From Hydrolagus colliei (taxonomy: Eukaryota), in NCBI GenBank assembly GCA_035084275.1, contig CM068773.1:1798001-1862000 (forward strand): a DNA stretch of 64,000 nucleotides, given 5' to 3'. This document shows, one piece after another, positions 1 to 10,524 of the stretch. Both the position numbers and the translations under genes were made by a program. The notes beneath the pieces are model-generated. The model did no database searches. It was not told where the DNA came from and worked only from the letters and a program-made list of their open reading frames with translations. Position 1 is the first letter of the stretch. Each line of letters starts with the position of its first letter.

Positions 1-1879
1 CTATAAAGAGAAAGGCAAGAAGGCGGATTTAAAGAACTGGAGACCTATATCTCTATTAAACGTAGACTATAAGATCTTAGCAAAGGTGATCTCAGAGAGG
101 ATGAAGACTGTCATGGAGCAGGTAATTCACCCCGATCAGACCTGCGCGGTGCCAGGCCGGAGGATCTCTGACAACCTTGGGTTGTTAAGGGATACCATCG
201 CCTACGTGCAGGAGAGAGGGGGGAAGACCTGCCTCATCAGTCTGGACCAAGAGAAAGCTTTTGACCGAGTATCTCATGACTATATGTATGAGGTACTTGC
301 CAAAATGGGTTTCGGACAAAGAATTCGCGATTGGGTCCACCTGCTCTACAGAGATATCTGCAGTGCAGTGATGGTTAATGGGAACGAAACGCTGCCCTTC
401 CCCGTCAGGTCGGGAGTAAGACAGGGGTGCCCCCTCTCCCCTATCCTGTTTGTCTGTTGCATCGAGCCCTTTGCACAGGCAATCAGGAGGGAGCAGAACA
501 TCAAAGGCGTCATCATCCCGGGCAGCCAAGGCATGCAAGCCAAGGTGTCCTTGTATATGGATGATGTTACGGTCTTTTGCTCAGATCACCGATCGATTGA
601 GAGCCTGATGGGTATCTGCAATCTGTTTGAACGGGCTTCGGGTGCCAAAGTGAATCGCCAAAAAAGTGAGGTGATGTACTTTGGCAACTGGCAAGACCGG
701 GCGAAGGTACCTTTTGAGGTAAAACCAGAGTACATTAAAATCTTAGGCATCTGGTTTGGGGCCGCTGGGGCAAGGGGGAAGAACTGGGAGATGGCAATAG
801 CGCAAATTAGGGGACGGTTGAAGCAGTGGCAGGAACGCACGCTTTCAATCACTGGGAAGAACCTGGTGATTAAGTGTGAGGCGATCTCTGGATTACTGTA
901 CGTGGCGCAAGTTTGGCCCTTGACCAAACGCAGCGCCACCGCAGTCACCAGAGCTATCTTTAGGTTTGTCTGGAGCTCTGGGATGGATCGTGTCCGCAGA
1001 GACGCCATGTACAAGACCCCAGACAAAGGAGGGAAGGGTGTCCCTGATGTAGCCAGGACTATCATGGCCACCTTTGTGTGTGGCTGCGTGAGGGTCTGCC
1101 AGGAGCCAAGATATGAAGGCACTGCGTGCAGATATATGCTGGGCTTCTATCTGTACCCAGTGCTAAGAAGGTTAGGTTTGGCTGAGCTGCCACGGAACGC
1201 CCCTCTGGGTTGGAATGTCCCGAGATACCTGGGGGAGATCGAGACATTCCTATCCGAGAACAGGGTGGATCCCTCTGAAGTTCCCAGGTGGACACCACGG
1301 ACGGTGTTAGACATCATCCGAGAGAGAGAGGTGGACGAAACTTTGGTAGGGTACCCTCCGTTGACCGTTAGTCACATCTGGGAGAACGTTTCATCCCCAG
1401 CTCTGACTAACAAACACCAGGATGTGGCCTGGATGACGGTCAAGAGAGTTCTTGGACTCAAGAGCTTTCTGACAAGAAGAGGCTTAGTGCAGTCAGAGAG
1501 TTGCCCTCGGGAGGGCTGTGGAGGGAAGGAGAATGAGGAACATCTGTTCCTGCATTGTGCCTTTGCCAAACAGGTGTGGAACAAGACAGAGTGGCTTCTC
1601 TCGCGGTTCATCCCGGGAGTCCCTCTGTCAGCCCACTCGGTGTTGTATGGCCTCTTCCCAGGAACACACGAAGTGACCGACCTACAATGTGCCTGGAGGG
1701 TCATCAACTCGGTCAAGCAGGCCCTATGGGTCTGCCGCAACCGAGAGACCTCCGGACATGGAAATAGGTCAGTGTCGGCCTGTTACAGGAGGGCGATGGT
1801 AAGTGTCCGGGAATATGTCATCAGGGACGCCCTGGAGATAGGCTCGGTCGAGGCTAAGGATAGGTGGGGTGTGTTTTAG
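1..1879 (+). CDS. Tx1 ORF2, partial (RT plus C-terminal Zn-binding motif)
   Basis: LDQEKAFD, GVRQGCPLSP, YMDD and CPREGC...HLFLHC motifs; frame open from the window start. Confidence 0.92.
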   Translation, partial: YKEKGKKADLKNWRPISLLNVDYKILAKVISERMKTVMEQVIHPDQTCAVPGRRISDNLGLLRDTIAYVQERGGKTCLISLDQEKAFDRVSHDYMYEVLAKMGFGQRIRDWVHLLYRDICSAVMVNGNETLPFPVRSGVRQGCPLSPILFVCCIEPFAQAIRREQNIKGVIIPGSQGMQAKVSLYMDDVTVFCSDHRSIESLMGICNLFERASGAKVNRQKSEVMYFGNWQDRAKVPFEVKPEYIKILGIWFGAAGARGKNWEMAIAQIRGRLKQWQERTLSITGKNLVIKCEAISGLLYVAQVWPLTKRSATAVTRAIFRFVWSSGMDRVRRDAMYKTPDKGGKGVPDVARTIMATFVCGCVRVCQEPRYEGTACRYMLGFYLYPVLRRLGLAELPRNAPLGWNVPRYLGEIETFLSENRVDPSEVPRWTPRTVLDIIREREVDETLVGYPPLTVSHIWENVSSPALTNKHQDVAWMTVKRVLGLKSFLTRRGLVQSESCPREGCGGKENEEHLFLHCAFAKQVWNKTEWLLSRFIPGVPLSAHSVLYGLFPGTHEVTDLQCAWRVINSVKQALWVCRNRETSGHGNRSVSACYRRAMVSVREYVIRDALEIGSVEAKDRWGVF

Positions 1880-2439
1880 TATGCCACTGCTTAGAACGTC
1901 AGGGATACTATCCGCAGTGCTTGTGGGGGGACGCTCGACCTGTAACCAGAGAGTGTCCCCAAGTGAAGGGTTTCTTTTGTAGATGCCTCTCCCCATAAAG
2001 GGGAGAGCATCGGTGGGTGTGTTTTTTTCCCAAATGTCTGTTTCTGTTTTTTTGGCCTACCATCCGGTAAGGAAAGGATGGTGGAGCTGGGATTAGCCCC
2101 TTTGTAACTGCTCCCTGTAAAAAAAGGCAGCAGTGCAGAGAAACGAGGAGGCCTGACATAAGGAAATGTGGGGATTAGGCGTTTTTGTGTCGAGAACGAC
2201 AGGTTTTTTGTTTTTTTTTCTCCACAAAGACGGTGGAAGGGTTGGTTTTGTTGGGAGTGGTGATTGGGTTGGTTTTTCTGTTCCGCGTGGGTACTGAGTC
2301 AAGGCCGATGCGGAATGTCACGGGAAAAAGGATTTAGGCGATTTAGATGTCACGGGGAAGGTTTTTAAAAAAACAAATCTATATGTTTTTAACAAAAAAT
2401 AAATATATTTGTTTAAAAAAAAAAAAAAAAAAAAAAAAA
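1..2439 (+). mobile_element. Tx1-clade non-LTR retrotransposon, copy 1 (3' part; continues left of the window)
   Basis: RT-containing 3' half of ORF2, a ~540-bp 3' UTR with AATAAA and a poly(A) tail ending ~2439; near-identical to copies 2-4. Confidence 0.93.
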
Positions 2440-2524
2440 GGGGAAAGACCCCAAAAGGGAAAGAAAGGATGCGGAAGTATACATAAAAGACACCGTACTC
2501 TTTCGGGTAAAGGAGAACAGAAAA

Positions 2525-3751
2525 ATGGATAGGAAAACCTTTATAAGGGAAGTACTGATCCAAATATGCGGAAGCACCAAGGAAAAAATGAGGTGCGTTT
2601 ACGAGGACGGGGAAAAGAGAAGGTACGAGGTCACATGTACCTCGTACGACGAGGCAGTGAAACTGAAAACAGTGGCACTGCAGAACCAGGGGAATGAACT
2701 GATGTCAGCCTATGAGGTGACAACGGCATTCCAAGAAAGACAGAGGCAGGAGAGGAGAGCCGTGGTTAGAATGAGCGACCCGCAAGTGCCGGCGTCGGAA
2801 ATCAGGTTATATCTTAACAGGCAGTGTGAGGAGATCCAGTCGATCTCCGAAATACTGGAAGACGGGATCTGGACATCCGAATGGGAAGTCCTTCTGAAAT
2901 TGGGGAGGAAAGGAGAGGGTAATGTGGTACATATCCCCTCCCGTTTCACCATTGGGAGTTTCAGGGGAACTATTTTTTACCCTGGACAACCCCGAGCATG
3001 CCTAAGATGTGGGCAAGTGGGGCATTACGTGGCAGCCTGCACACAAACAATGTGCTGGAACTGCAAGGGACTGGGACATGTGGCTAAGGAGTGCACATTG
3101 GGTAAGAGATGTGACCTATGTGGAGAAACAGGTCACCTCTACCGCACGTGCCCACAAAGAAGGGGGTCTAAAATAATGCAAAGCCGGGAGGTTGGGAGAC
3201 AGGAAGGGAGAAAGGAGTCAGGGGAAGGGAAAGGACAGGACGAGGAACTGGGTGGGGAAGTTTTGGGGGGGGTAGAGATACCCTTGGAGAGGAGGGAGGG
3301 TGAGTCAGGACGCACCGGTGAGGAGGAAATGGACACTTTGGACAATTCCAAACGGGACAGAGAAACCTGGCAGGTAGTCGGGAAAAGTAGCCGGAAAAAA
3401 AAGGGGATACAACTCAAAAGAAGCGGCTATGATAGTGATAGTGACGGAGGAAAGAGGAGGGAGAAAGGAGGGAGAAAGGAGGAAGGAACCCCTGCCCCCC
3501 CCCCAAAAAGGCAGCTGATGGAGGTGGTGGAGGTAGTGGAAAAAACCTCAAAGAAAGGGAAAGAGACTAAAGAGACAGAAAAAGGAAAAGAACTTGGGAG
3601 GACCCCTGAACCTGAACCCGAAGCAGGGAAGACGCCGGAGGAGACGGAAAAGAGGACAAACAACCCAACCAAGACGGGAGACAACCCCGGAGGAGATGGA
3701 GAGGAAAAAGGACTGGAACAGATGGAAGAGGGGGGAAACGGGCGAGTATAA
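2525..3751 (+). pseudogene. Tx1 ORF1, 5'-truncated (3x CCHC zinc knuckle)
   Basis: CLRCGQVGHYVAAC, CWNCKGLGHVAKEC, CDLCGETGHLYRTC; lacks the N-terminal half present in copy 4. Confidence 0.85.
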
Positions 3752-3760
3752 AAAATGTAA

Positions 3761-6700
3761 ATGGCACTGCGGATAGGTTCCCTGAACGTTAAGAGCGTTA
3801 AAAATTCCAAGCGTTGCGTAGCGACGCTTCAGGGCCTATCCAGAGTCAAGGCCGATATTCTGTTTCTGCAGGAGTGCTGGATTCCACACTCCAACAGTTA
3901 CAGAACTTGGGCAAAGTGGTGGGACCCCTACGGACCCTCTGTGTGGTCAGGGGGAAATGACACCCGGGCATCGGGTGTGGCGGTCCTACTGAGAGGGAAA
4001 AACCTCACCATCACCGACTATAAGGAGGTGGTGGGGGGCAGAATCCTTGTGGTGGATGTGACGTACAATGAAGCCCCGATTAGGCTCATTAATGTGTACG
4101 CTCCATCAAAGAGGAAGGACCAGGTGGCCCTTTTCCGGATGCTACCTCCCTGGCTGCTTACACCCAAACCAGTCATCCTGGGAGGAGATTTTAATTGTAT
4201 TCTGGAGAGAGACGGGAGATCAACCAGATCTGATGAGGAGTTAAGGGCTGCGTCCAAGCTGCTCCAAAAAGTGGTTGCAGATGGACGTTTGAGTGACGTT
4301 TTCAAGGCTCCAGATGATGGGGCCCCCAAACGATTCACCTATTCTAACCCCAGTGGGTCGGTCTTCTCACGAATAGATTTTCTATTCGTATCGAGAAGAC
4401 TAGAAGTGACTAAGACTGAAGTGAGGCCGGCGTCCCTTACCGACCATCGCCTCCTGCTGACGAACTTACTAGTTCACGGAAGCACGAGGAGGGGTCGAGG
4501 GACGTGGAAGCTGAACGTAAAGCTTTTGACCCGTAAGAATGTAGAGGAGTTGCGGAAGGAGTACCGAGGATGGAAAACCTTGAGGGACTTCTGTGACTCC
4601 TCTACAGAATGGTGGGAAATGGTGAAGAGTAGAATCAAAGAATTCTTTGTCCGAAAAGGGGTTCAATTGGCAAAGGCCACGAACCGGGAAAGAGAGAGAC
4701 TGCAGAAGGAGTTGCAAAAGCTCCTAAAGCAGCAGCTAGAAGGTATAGAGGTTAGGGAGGCAATTAAAGAGGTGAGAGACCAGCAAGGAGTGCTGCTCGC
4801 CTCGGAAGCCTCCAAGATCTTTTTCCGCTCCAGAGTGCGCACGATAGAACAAGACGAGAAGTGTACTAGCTTCTTCTTCCGGAAAGTGAACAGAGGTAGC
4901 TCTGTGATTTCCGGGTTGAAGGATAGAGACGACTCTGTGTGCACAGAACAGGAAGACATGAGGAGGATCGCAAGATCCTTCTATGAGGACCTGTACCGCG
5001 AGAAAGCCACGGAGAGCATGGCCACTCGGGATTTTCTCTCTGCCCTCACCGAAGTGGTGGACGAGGGGAGTCGAGAACACCTGGATCGGCCGCTCTCGTT
5101 TGAAGAGCTGACCAAGACGGTAGGTTCCCTCAGGACAGGTAAGACCCCGGGGAGCGATGGCCTCCCGGTGGAACTGTACTTAGTCCTGTGGGACGTGATC
5201 GGACCGGTCCTCCTGGAAGTGTACGAGAGTATGCTTCAAGAAGGAACCATGGCAGACTCGATGAGGAAAGGTAACATCACCTTGATCTATAAAGAGAAAG
5301 GCAAGAAGGCGGATTTAAAGAACTGGAGACCTATATCTCTATTAAACGTAGACTATAAGATCTTAGCAAAGGTGATCTCAGAGAGGATGAAGACTGTCAT
5401 GGAGCAGGTAATTCACCCCGATCAGACCTGCGCGGTGCCAGGCCGGAGGATCTCTGACAACCTTGGGTTGTTAAGGGATACCATCGCCTACGTGCAGGAG
5501 AGAGGGGGGAAGACCTGCCTCATCAGTCTGGACCAAGAGAAAGCTTTTGACCGAGTATCTCATGACTATATGTATGAGGTACTTGCCAAAATGGGTTTCG
5601 GACAAAGAATTCGCGATTGGGTCCACCTGCTCTACAGAGATATCTGCAGTGCAGTGATGGTTAATGGGAACGAAACGCTGCCCTTCCCCGTCAGGTCGGG
5701 AGTAAGACAGGGGTGCCCCCTCTCCCCTATCCTGTTTGTCTGTTGCATCGAGCCCTTTGCACAGGCAATCAGGAGGGAGCAGAACATCAAAGGCGTCATC
5801 ATCCCGGGCAGCCAAGGCATGCAAGCCAAGGTGTCCTTGTATATGGATGATGTTACGGTCTTTTGCTCAGATCACCGATCGATTGAGAGCCTGATGGGTA
5901 TCTGCAATCTGTTTGAACGGGCTTCGGGTGCCAAAGTGAATCGCCAAAAAAGTGAGGTGATGTATTTTGGCAACTGGCAAGACCGGGCGAAGGTACCTTT
6001 TGAGGTAAAACCAGAGTACATTAAAATCTTAGGCATCTGGTTTGGGGCCGCTGGGGCAAGGGGGAAGAACTGGGAGATGGCAATAGCGCAAATTAGGGGA
6101 CGGTTGAAGCAGTGGCAGGAACGCACGCTTTCAATCACTGGGAAGAACCTGGTGATTAAGTGTGAGGCGATCTCTGGATTACTGTACGTGGCGCAAGTTT
6201 GGCCCTTGACCAAACGCAGCGCCACCGCAGTCACCAGAGCTATCTTTAGGTTTGTCTGGAGCTCTGGGATGGATCGTGTCCGCAGGGACGCCATGTACAA
6301 GACCCCAGACAAAGGAGGGAAGGGTGTCCCTGATGTAGCCAGGACTATCATGGCCACCTTTGTGTGTGGCTGCGTGAGGGTCTGCCAGGAGCCAAGATAT
6401 GAAGGCACTGCGTGCAGATATATGCTGGGCTTCTATCTGTACCCAGTGCTAAGAAGGTTAGGTTTGGCTGAGCTGCCACGGAACGCCCCTCTGGGTTGGA
6501 ATGTCCCGAGATACCTGGGGGAGATCGAGACATTCCTATCCGAGAACAGGGTGGATCCCTCTGAAGTTCCCAGGTGGACACCACGGACGGTGTTAGACAT
6601 CATCCGAGAGAGAGAGGTGGACGAAACTTTGGTAGGGTACCCTCCGTTGACCGTTAGTCACATCTGGGAGAACGTTTCATCCCCAGCTCTGACTAACAAA

Positions 6701-7165
6701 CACCAGGATGTGGCCTGGATGACGGTCAAGAGAGTTCTTGGACTCAAGAGCTTTCTGACAAGAAGAGGCTTAGTGCAGTCAGAGAGTTGCCCTCGGGAGG
6801 GCTGTGGAGGGAAGGAGAATGAGGAACATCTGTTCCTGCATTGTGCCTTTGCCAAACAGGTGTGGAACAAGACAGAGTGGCTTCTCTCGCGGTTCATCCC
6901 GGGAGTCCCTCTGTCAGCCCACTCGGTGTTGTATGGCCTCTTCCCAGGAACACACGAAGTGACCGACCTACAATGTGCCTGGAGGGTCATCAACTCGGTC
7001 AAGCAGGCCCTATGGGTCTGCCGCAACCGAGAGACCTCCGGACATGGAAATAGGTCAGTGTCGGCCTGTTACAGGAGGGCGATGGTAAGTGTCCGGGAAT
7101 ATGTCATCAGGGACGCCCTGGAGATAGGCTCGGTCGAGGCTAAGGATAGGTGGGGTGTGTTTTAG
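3761..7165 (+). CDS. Tx1 ORF2 (APE endonuclease, RT, Zn-binding motif), 1134 aa
   Basis: APE motifs SLNV, FLQE, NVYAP, GGDFN, SRID, TDH; RT YMDD; no stops. Confidence 0.95.
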   Translation: MALRIGSLNVKSVKNSKRCVATLQGLSRVKADILFLQECWIPHSNSYRTWAKWWDPYGPSVWSGGNDTRASGVAVLLRGKNLTITDYKEVVGGRILVVDVTYNEAPIRLINVYAPSKRKDQVALFRMLPPWLLTPKPVILGGDFNCILERDGRSTRSDEELRAASKLLQKVVADGRLSDVFKAPDDGAPKRFTYSNPSGSVFSRIDFLFVSRRLEVTKTEVRPASLTDHRLLLTNLLVHGSTRRGRGTWKLNVKLLTRKNVEELRKEYRGWKTLRDFCDSSTEWWEMVKSRIKEFFVRKGVQLAKATNRERERLQKELQKLLKQQLEGIEVREAIKEVRDQQGVLLASEASKIFFRSRVRTIEQDEKCTSFFFRKVNRGSSVISGLKDRDDSVCTEQEDMRRIARSFYEDLYREKATESMATRDFLSALTEVVDEGSREHLDRPLSFEELTKTVGSLRTGKTPGSDGLPVELYLVLWDVIGPVLLEVYESMLQEGTMADSMRKGNITLIYKEKGKKADLKNWRPISLLNVDYKILAKVISERMKTVMEQVIHPDQTCAVPGRRISDNLGLLRDTIAYVQERGGKTCLISLDQEKAFDRVSHDYMYEVLAKMGFGQRIRDWVHLLYRDICSAVMVNGNETLPFPVRSGVRQGCPLSPILFVCCIEPFAQAIRREQNIKGVIIPGSQGMQAKVSLYMDDVTVFCSDHRSIESLMGICNLFERASGAKVNRQKSEVMYFGNWQDRAKVPFEVKPEYIKILGIWFGAAGARGKNWEMAIAQIRGRLKQWQERTLSITGKNLVIKCEAISGLLYVAQVWPLTKRSATAVTRAIFRFVWSSGMDRVRRDAMYKTPDKGGKGVPDVARTIMATFVCGCVRVCQEPRYEGTACRYMLGFYLYPVLRRLGLAELPRNAPLGWNVPRYLGEIETFLSENRVDPSEVPRWTPRTVLDIIREREVDETLVGYPPLTVSHIWENVSSPALTNKHQDVAWMTVKRVLGLKSFLTRRGLVQSESCPREGCGGKENEEHLFLHCAFAKQVWNKTEWLLSRFIPGVPLSAHSVLYGLFPGTHEVTDLQCAWRVINSVKQALWVCRNRETSGHGNRSVSACYRRAMVSVREYVIRDALEIGSVEAKDRWGVF

Positions 7166-7727
7166 TATGCCACTGCTTAGAACGTCAGGGATACTATCCG
7201 CAGTGCTTGTGGGGGGACGCTCGACCTGTAACCAGAGAGTGTCCCCAAGTGAAGGGTTTCTTTTGTAGATGCCTCTCCCCATAAAGGGGAGAGCATCGGT
7301 GGGTGTTTTTTTCCCAAATGTCTGTTTCTGTTTTTTTGGCCTACCATCCGGTAAGGAAAGGATGGTGGAGCTGGGATTAGCCCCTTTGTAACTGCTCCCT
7401 GTAAAAAAAGGCAGCAGTGCAGAGAAACGAGGAGGCCTGACATAAGGAAATGTGGGGATTAGGCGTTTTTGTGTCGAGAACGACAGGTTTTTTGTTTTTT
7501 TCTCCACAAAGACGGTGGAAGGGTTGGTTTTGTTGGGAGTGGTGATTGGGTTGGTTTTTCTGTTCCGCGTGGGTACTGAGTCAAGGCCGATGCGGAATGT
7601 CACGGGAAAAAGGATTTAGGCGATTTAGATGTCACGGGGAAGGTTTAAAAAAAAACAAATCTATATGTTTTTAACAAAAAAATAAATATATTTGTTTAAT
7701 AAAAAAATAAAAAAAATAAAAAAAAAA

Positions 7728-7742
7728 TTGTGCCTTAGAGTG
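7728..7742 (+). repeat. Target-site sequence between copies 2 and 3 (15 bp, TTGTGCCTTAGAGTG)
   Basis: Identical to 14496-14510 and 21330-21344. Confidence 0.9.
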
Positions 7743-7932
7743 GAATCGAGCAGAGAGAGCTACGGACGGTGTGAGTATTGGTTTGTTTGTGGTGGACGCG
7801 GCAGGAGAGTTTGGTTTGAATTATTGTTTATTTTGGGGCTAAGAGAGAGTAGGTGGTTTTGTTGGGTTTGTGGTGGTGTGGGGGGGTGATTCCCTTCTTC
7901 CTTCTTCCTGGCGAGGGGCTTTGGGCCCGGCC

Positions 7933-10515
7933 ATGGGAAGAAAGAACAAGGAAATGAAGGGGAAAAAAGAGGCGGAGGGCGAGAGCAGTTTGGAAAAAGG
8001 AGAGGCAATGGAGAACTCTAGTGGGAGAGTGCAGAAGGAGAGAACAGAGAGCAGAGAGAAGGGGGACAGCAGGGGAGAGGGGGGAGAGGGAGGCAATGAA
8101 AGAAGAGGGAGAGAAATCAAACGAGGATAGAGAACAGGAGGGAAGGAGGCAAGGGAGAGTGGGGAAAAGGGGGAGGAGGTGGGGGTCAAGCCAGTAGTTA
8201 AGGAGGGGAAAACCCTGGGGCAACAGGTCAGGTCGAAATCCGTGGGGGGTTTCAGCGAGGCCGGTGCGGGAAGCCTGTTTGGGGGGGTGAGAAGGCAGTT
8301 ACTGGCGGTGGGAAGCCATGTTGGGGGGGAGAGAAGCGGGGAGGCAGCAACGGCGGGAAGCCGAGTGGCCGTGGTAGGAAGCAGTGGGGATAAGGAGACA
8401 AGGCCTATACCGGCGACGGGAAGCCGTGCGGCCGTGGTGGGAGGCCGTGGGGATAAGGAGTCAAAGCCTACCCCGGCGACGGGAAGCCGTAAGGCCGGGG
8501 TGGGAGGCCGTGTGGGTAAGGAGACAAGGCCTCTACCGGCGGCGCGAAGCTGTAGTGGGGGGGAGAGAAGCGGGGAGGCGGCTAAGGCAGGAAGCCGTGA
8601 GGGGGGGGTGGCGGAGAGAAACGGGGAGGCAGCAGCGGCGGGAAGCCGGGGGGGAAACGAGACAAGACCGGTACCGGCGGCGGGAAGAAGTAACGCGGTG
8701 GCGGGAAGCGGTGAGGCCGGGGTGGGTAACCGGGAGCCAGGAGCAAGAGGTCGGGAGGTAGCGGCGGGAAGCCGGAAAGAAGAGAATGAAGTTTGTGAGG
8801 CCGCGGCGGGAAGCGGTGAGAGACAAACGAGCGGAACCGTGGAGGTAAGCCACGAAACCACGGGGGGGTCCCGGGAGGCTGCACAGGCAGGAGTAGGGAC
8901 ACAAAAAGGCGCAGAGAGCGAAGCGAGGAAGGCTGAGAGGGAAGAGAAGACTAGAGACGGAGAGACCAGGGAGAGCAGAGGGGGGAGAACCCCCAGCACC
9001 GAGGCCGGAGGAGAGGCAGGGAGGAAAGAGCCCAGCCCCCCGGAAATGACGGAGGCGGGGCCAAAGAAGGCAGGAGAGGGAGGACCGGAAGTAGTAGCTC
9101 CCCCTAGTGGGGAGAAGGCTTCCACAAGTCAGGGAAAGGCAGGCCCCATAACTTATGCATCAGCGGTGGCGGCAAAAAAGGGGGGCCCAAAGGAAGACCC
9201 AAAGGGGAAAGACCCCAAAAGGGAAAGAAAGGATGCGGAAGTATACATAAAAGACACCGTACTCTTTCGGGTAAAGGAGAACAGAAAAATGGATAGGAAA
9301 ACCTTTATAAGGGAAGTACTGATCCAAATATGCGGAAGCACCAAGGAAAAAATGAGGTGCGTTTACGAGGACGGGGAAAAGAGAAGGTACGAGGTCACAT
9401 GTACCTCGTACGACGAGGCAGTGAAACTGAAAACAGTGGCACTGCAGAACCAGGGGAATGAACTGATGTCAGCCTATGAGGTGACAACGGCATTCCAAGA
9501 AAGACAGAGGCAGGAGAGGAGAGCCGTGGTTAGAATGAGCGACCCGCAAGTGCCGGCGTCGGAAATCAGGTTATATCTTAACAGGCAGTGTGAGGAGATC
9601 CAGTCGATCTCCGAAATACTGGAAGACGGGATCTGGACATCCGAATGGGAAGTCCTTCTGAAATTGGGGAGGAAAGGAGAGGGTAATGTGGTACATATCC
9701 TCTCCCGTTTCACCATTGGGAGTTTCAGGGGAACTATTTTTTACCCTGGACAACCCCGAGCATGCCTAAGATGTGGGCAAGTGGGGCATTACGTGGCAGC
9801 CTGCACACAAACAATGTGCTGGAACTGCAAGGGACTGGGACATGTGGCTAAGGAGTGCACATTGGGTAAGAGATGTGACCTATGTGGAGAAACAGGTCAC
9901 CTCTACCGCACGTGCCCACAAAGAAGGGGGTCTAAAATAATGCAAAGCCGGGAGGTTGGGAGACAGGAAGGGAGAAAGGAGTCAGGGGAAGGGAAAGGAC
10001 AGGACGAGGAACTGGGTGGGGAAGTTTTGGGGGGGGTAGAGATACCCTTGGAGAGGAGGGAGGGTGAGTCAGGACGCACCGGTGGGGAGGAAATGGACAC
10101 TTTGGACAATTCCAAACGGGACAGAGAAACCTGGCAGGTAGTCGGGAAAAGTAGCCGGAAAAAAAAGGGGATACAACTCAAAAGAAGCGGCTATGATAGT
10201 GATAGTGACGGAGGAAAGAGGAGGGAGAAAGGAGGGAGAAAGGAGGAAGGAACCCCTGCCCCCCCCCCAAAAAGGCAGCTGATGGAGGTGGTGGAGGTAG
10301 TGGAAAAAACCTCAAAGAAAGGGAAAGAGACTAAAGAGACAGAAAAAGGAGAAGAACTTGGGAGGACCCCTGAACCTGAACCCGAAGCAGGGAAGACGCC
10401 GGAGGAGACGGAAAAGAGGACAAACAACCCAACCAAGACGGGAGACAACCCCGGAGGAGATGGAGAGGAAAAAGGACTGGAACAGATGGAAGAGGGGGGA
10501 AACGGGCGAGTATAA
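7933..10515 (+). pseudogene. Tx1 ORF1 with premature TAG at 8128-8130
   Basis: GCCATGG start at 7933; GGATAG here versus GGGGAG in copy 4; otherwise colinear with the copy 4 ORF1. Confidence 0.88.
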
Positions 10516-10524
10516 AAAATGTAA

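Larger units (their letters stand above)
2437..7727 (+). mobile_element. Tx1-clade retrotransposon, copy 2 (5'-truncated inside ORF1)
   Basis: Starts at AAAGGGGAAAGACCCC (equivalent to ~9201 in copy 3), fused directly to the copy 1 poly(A); ends in an A-rich tail. Confidence 0.93.

Noticed and set aside
9289-9920. Host ZCCHC3 gene
   Set aside because: Similar knuckle architecture, but here it is ORF1 of a multicopy element followed by APE-RT ORF2 and poly(A)
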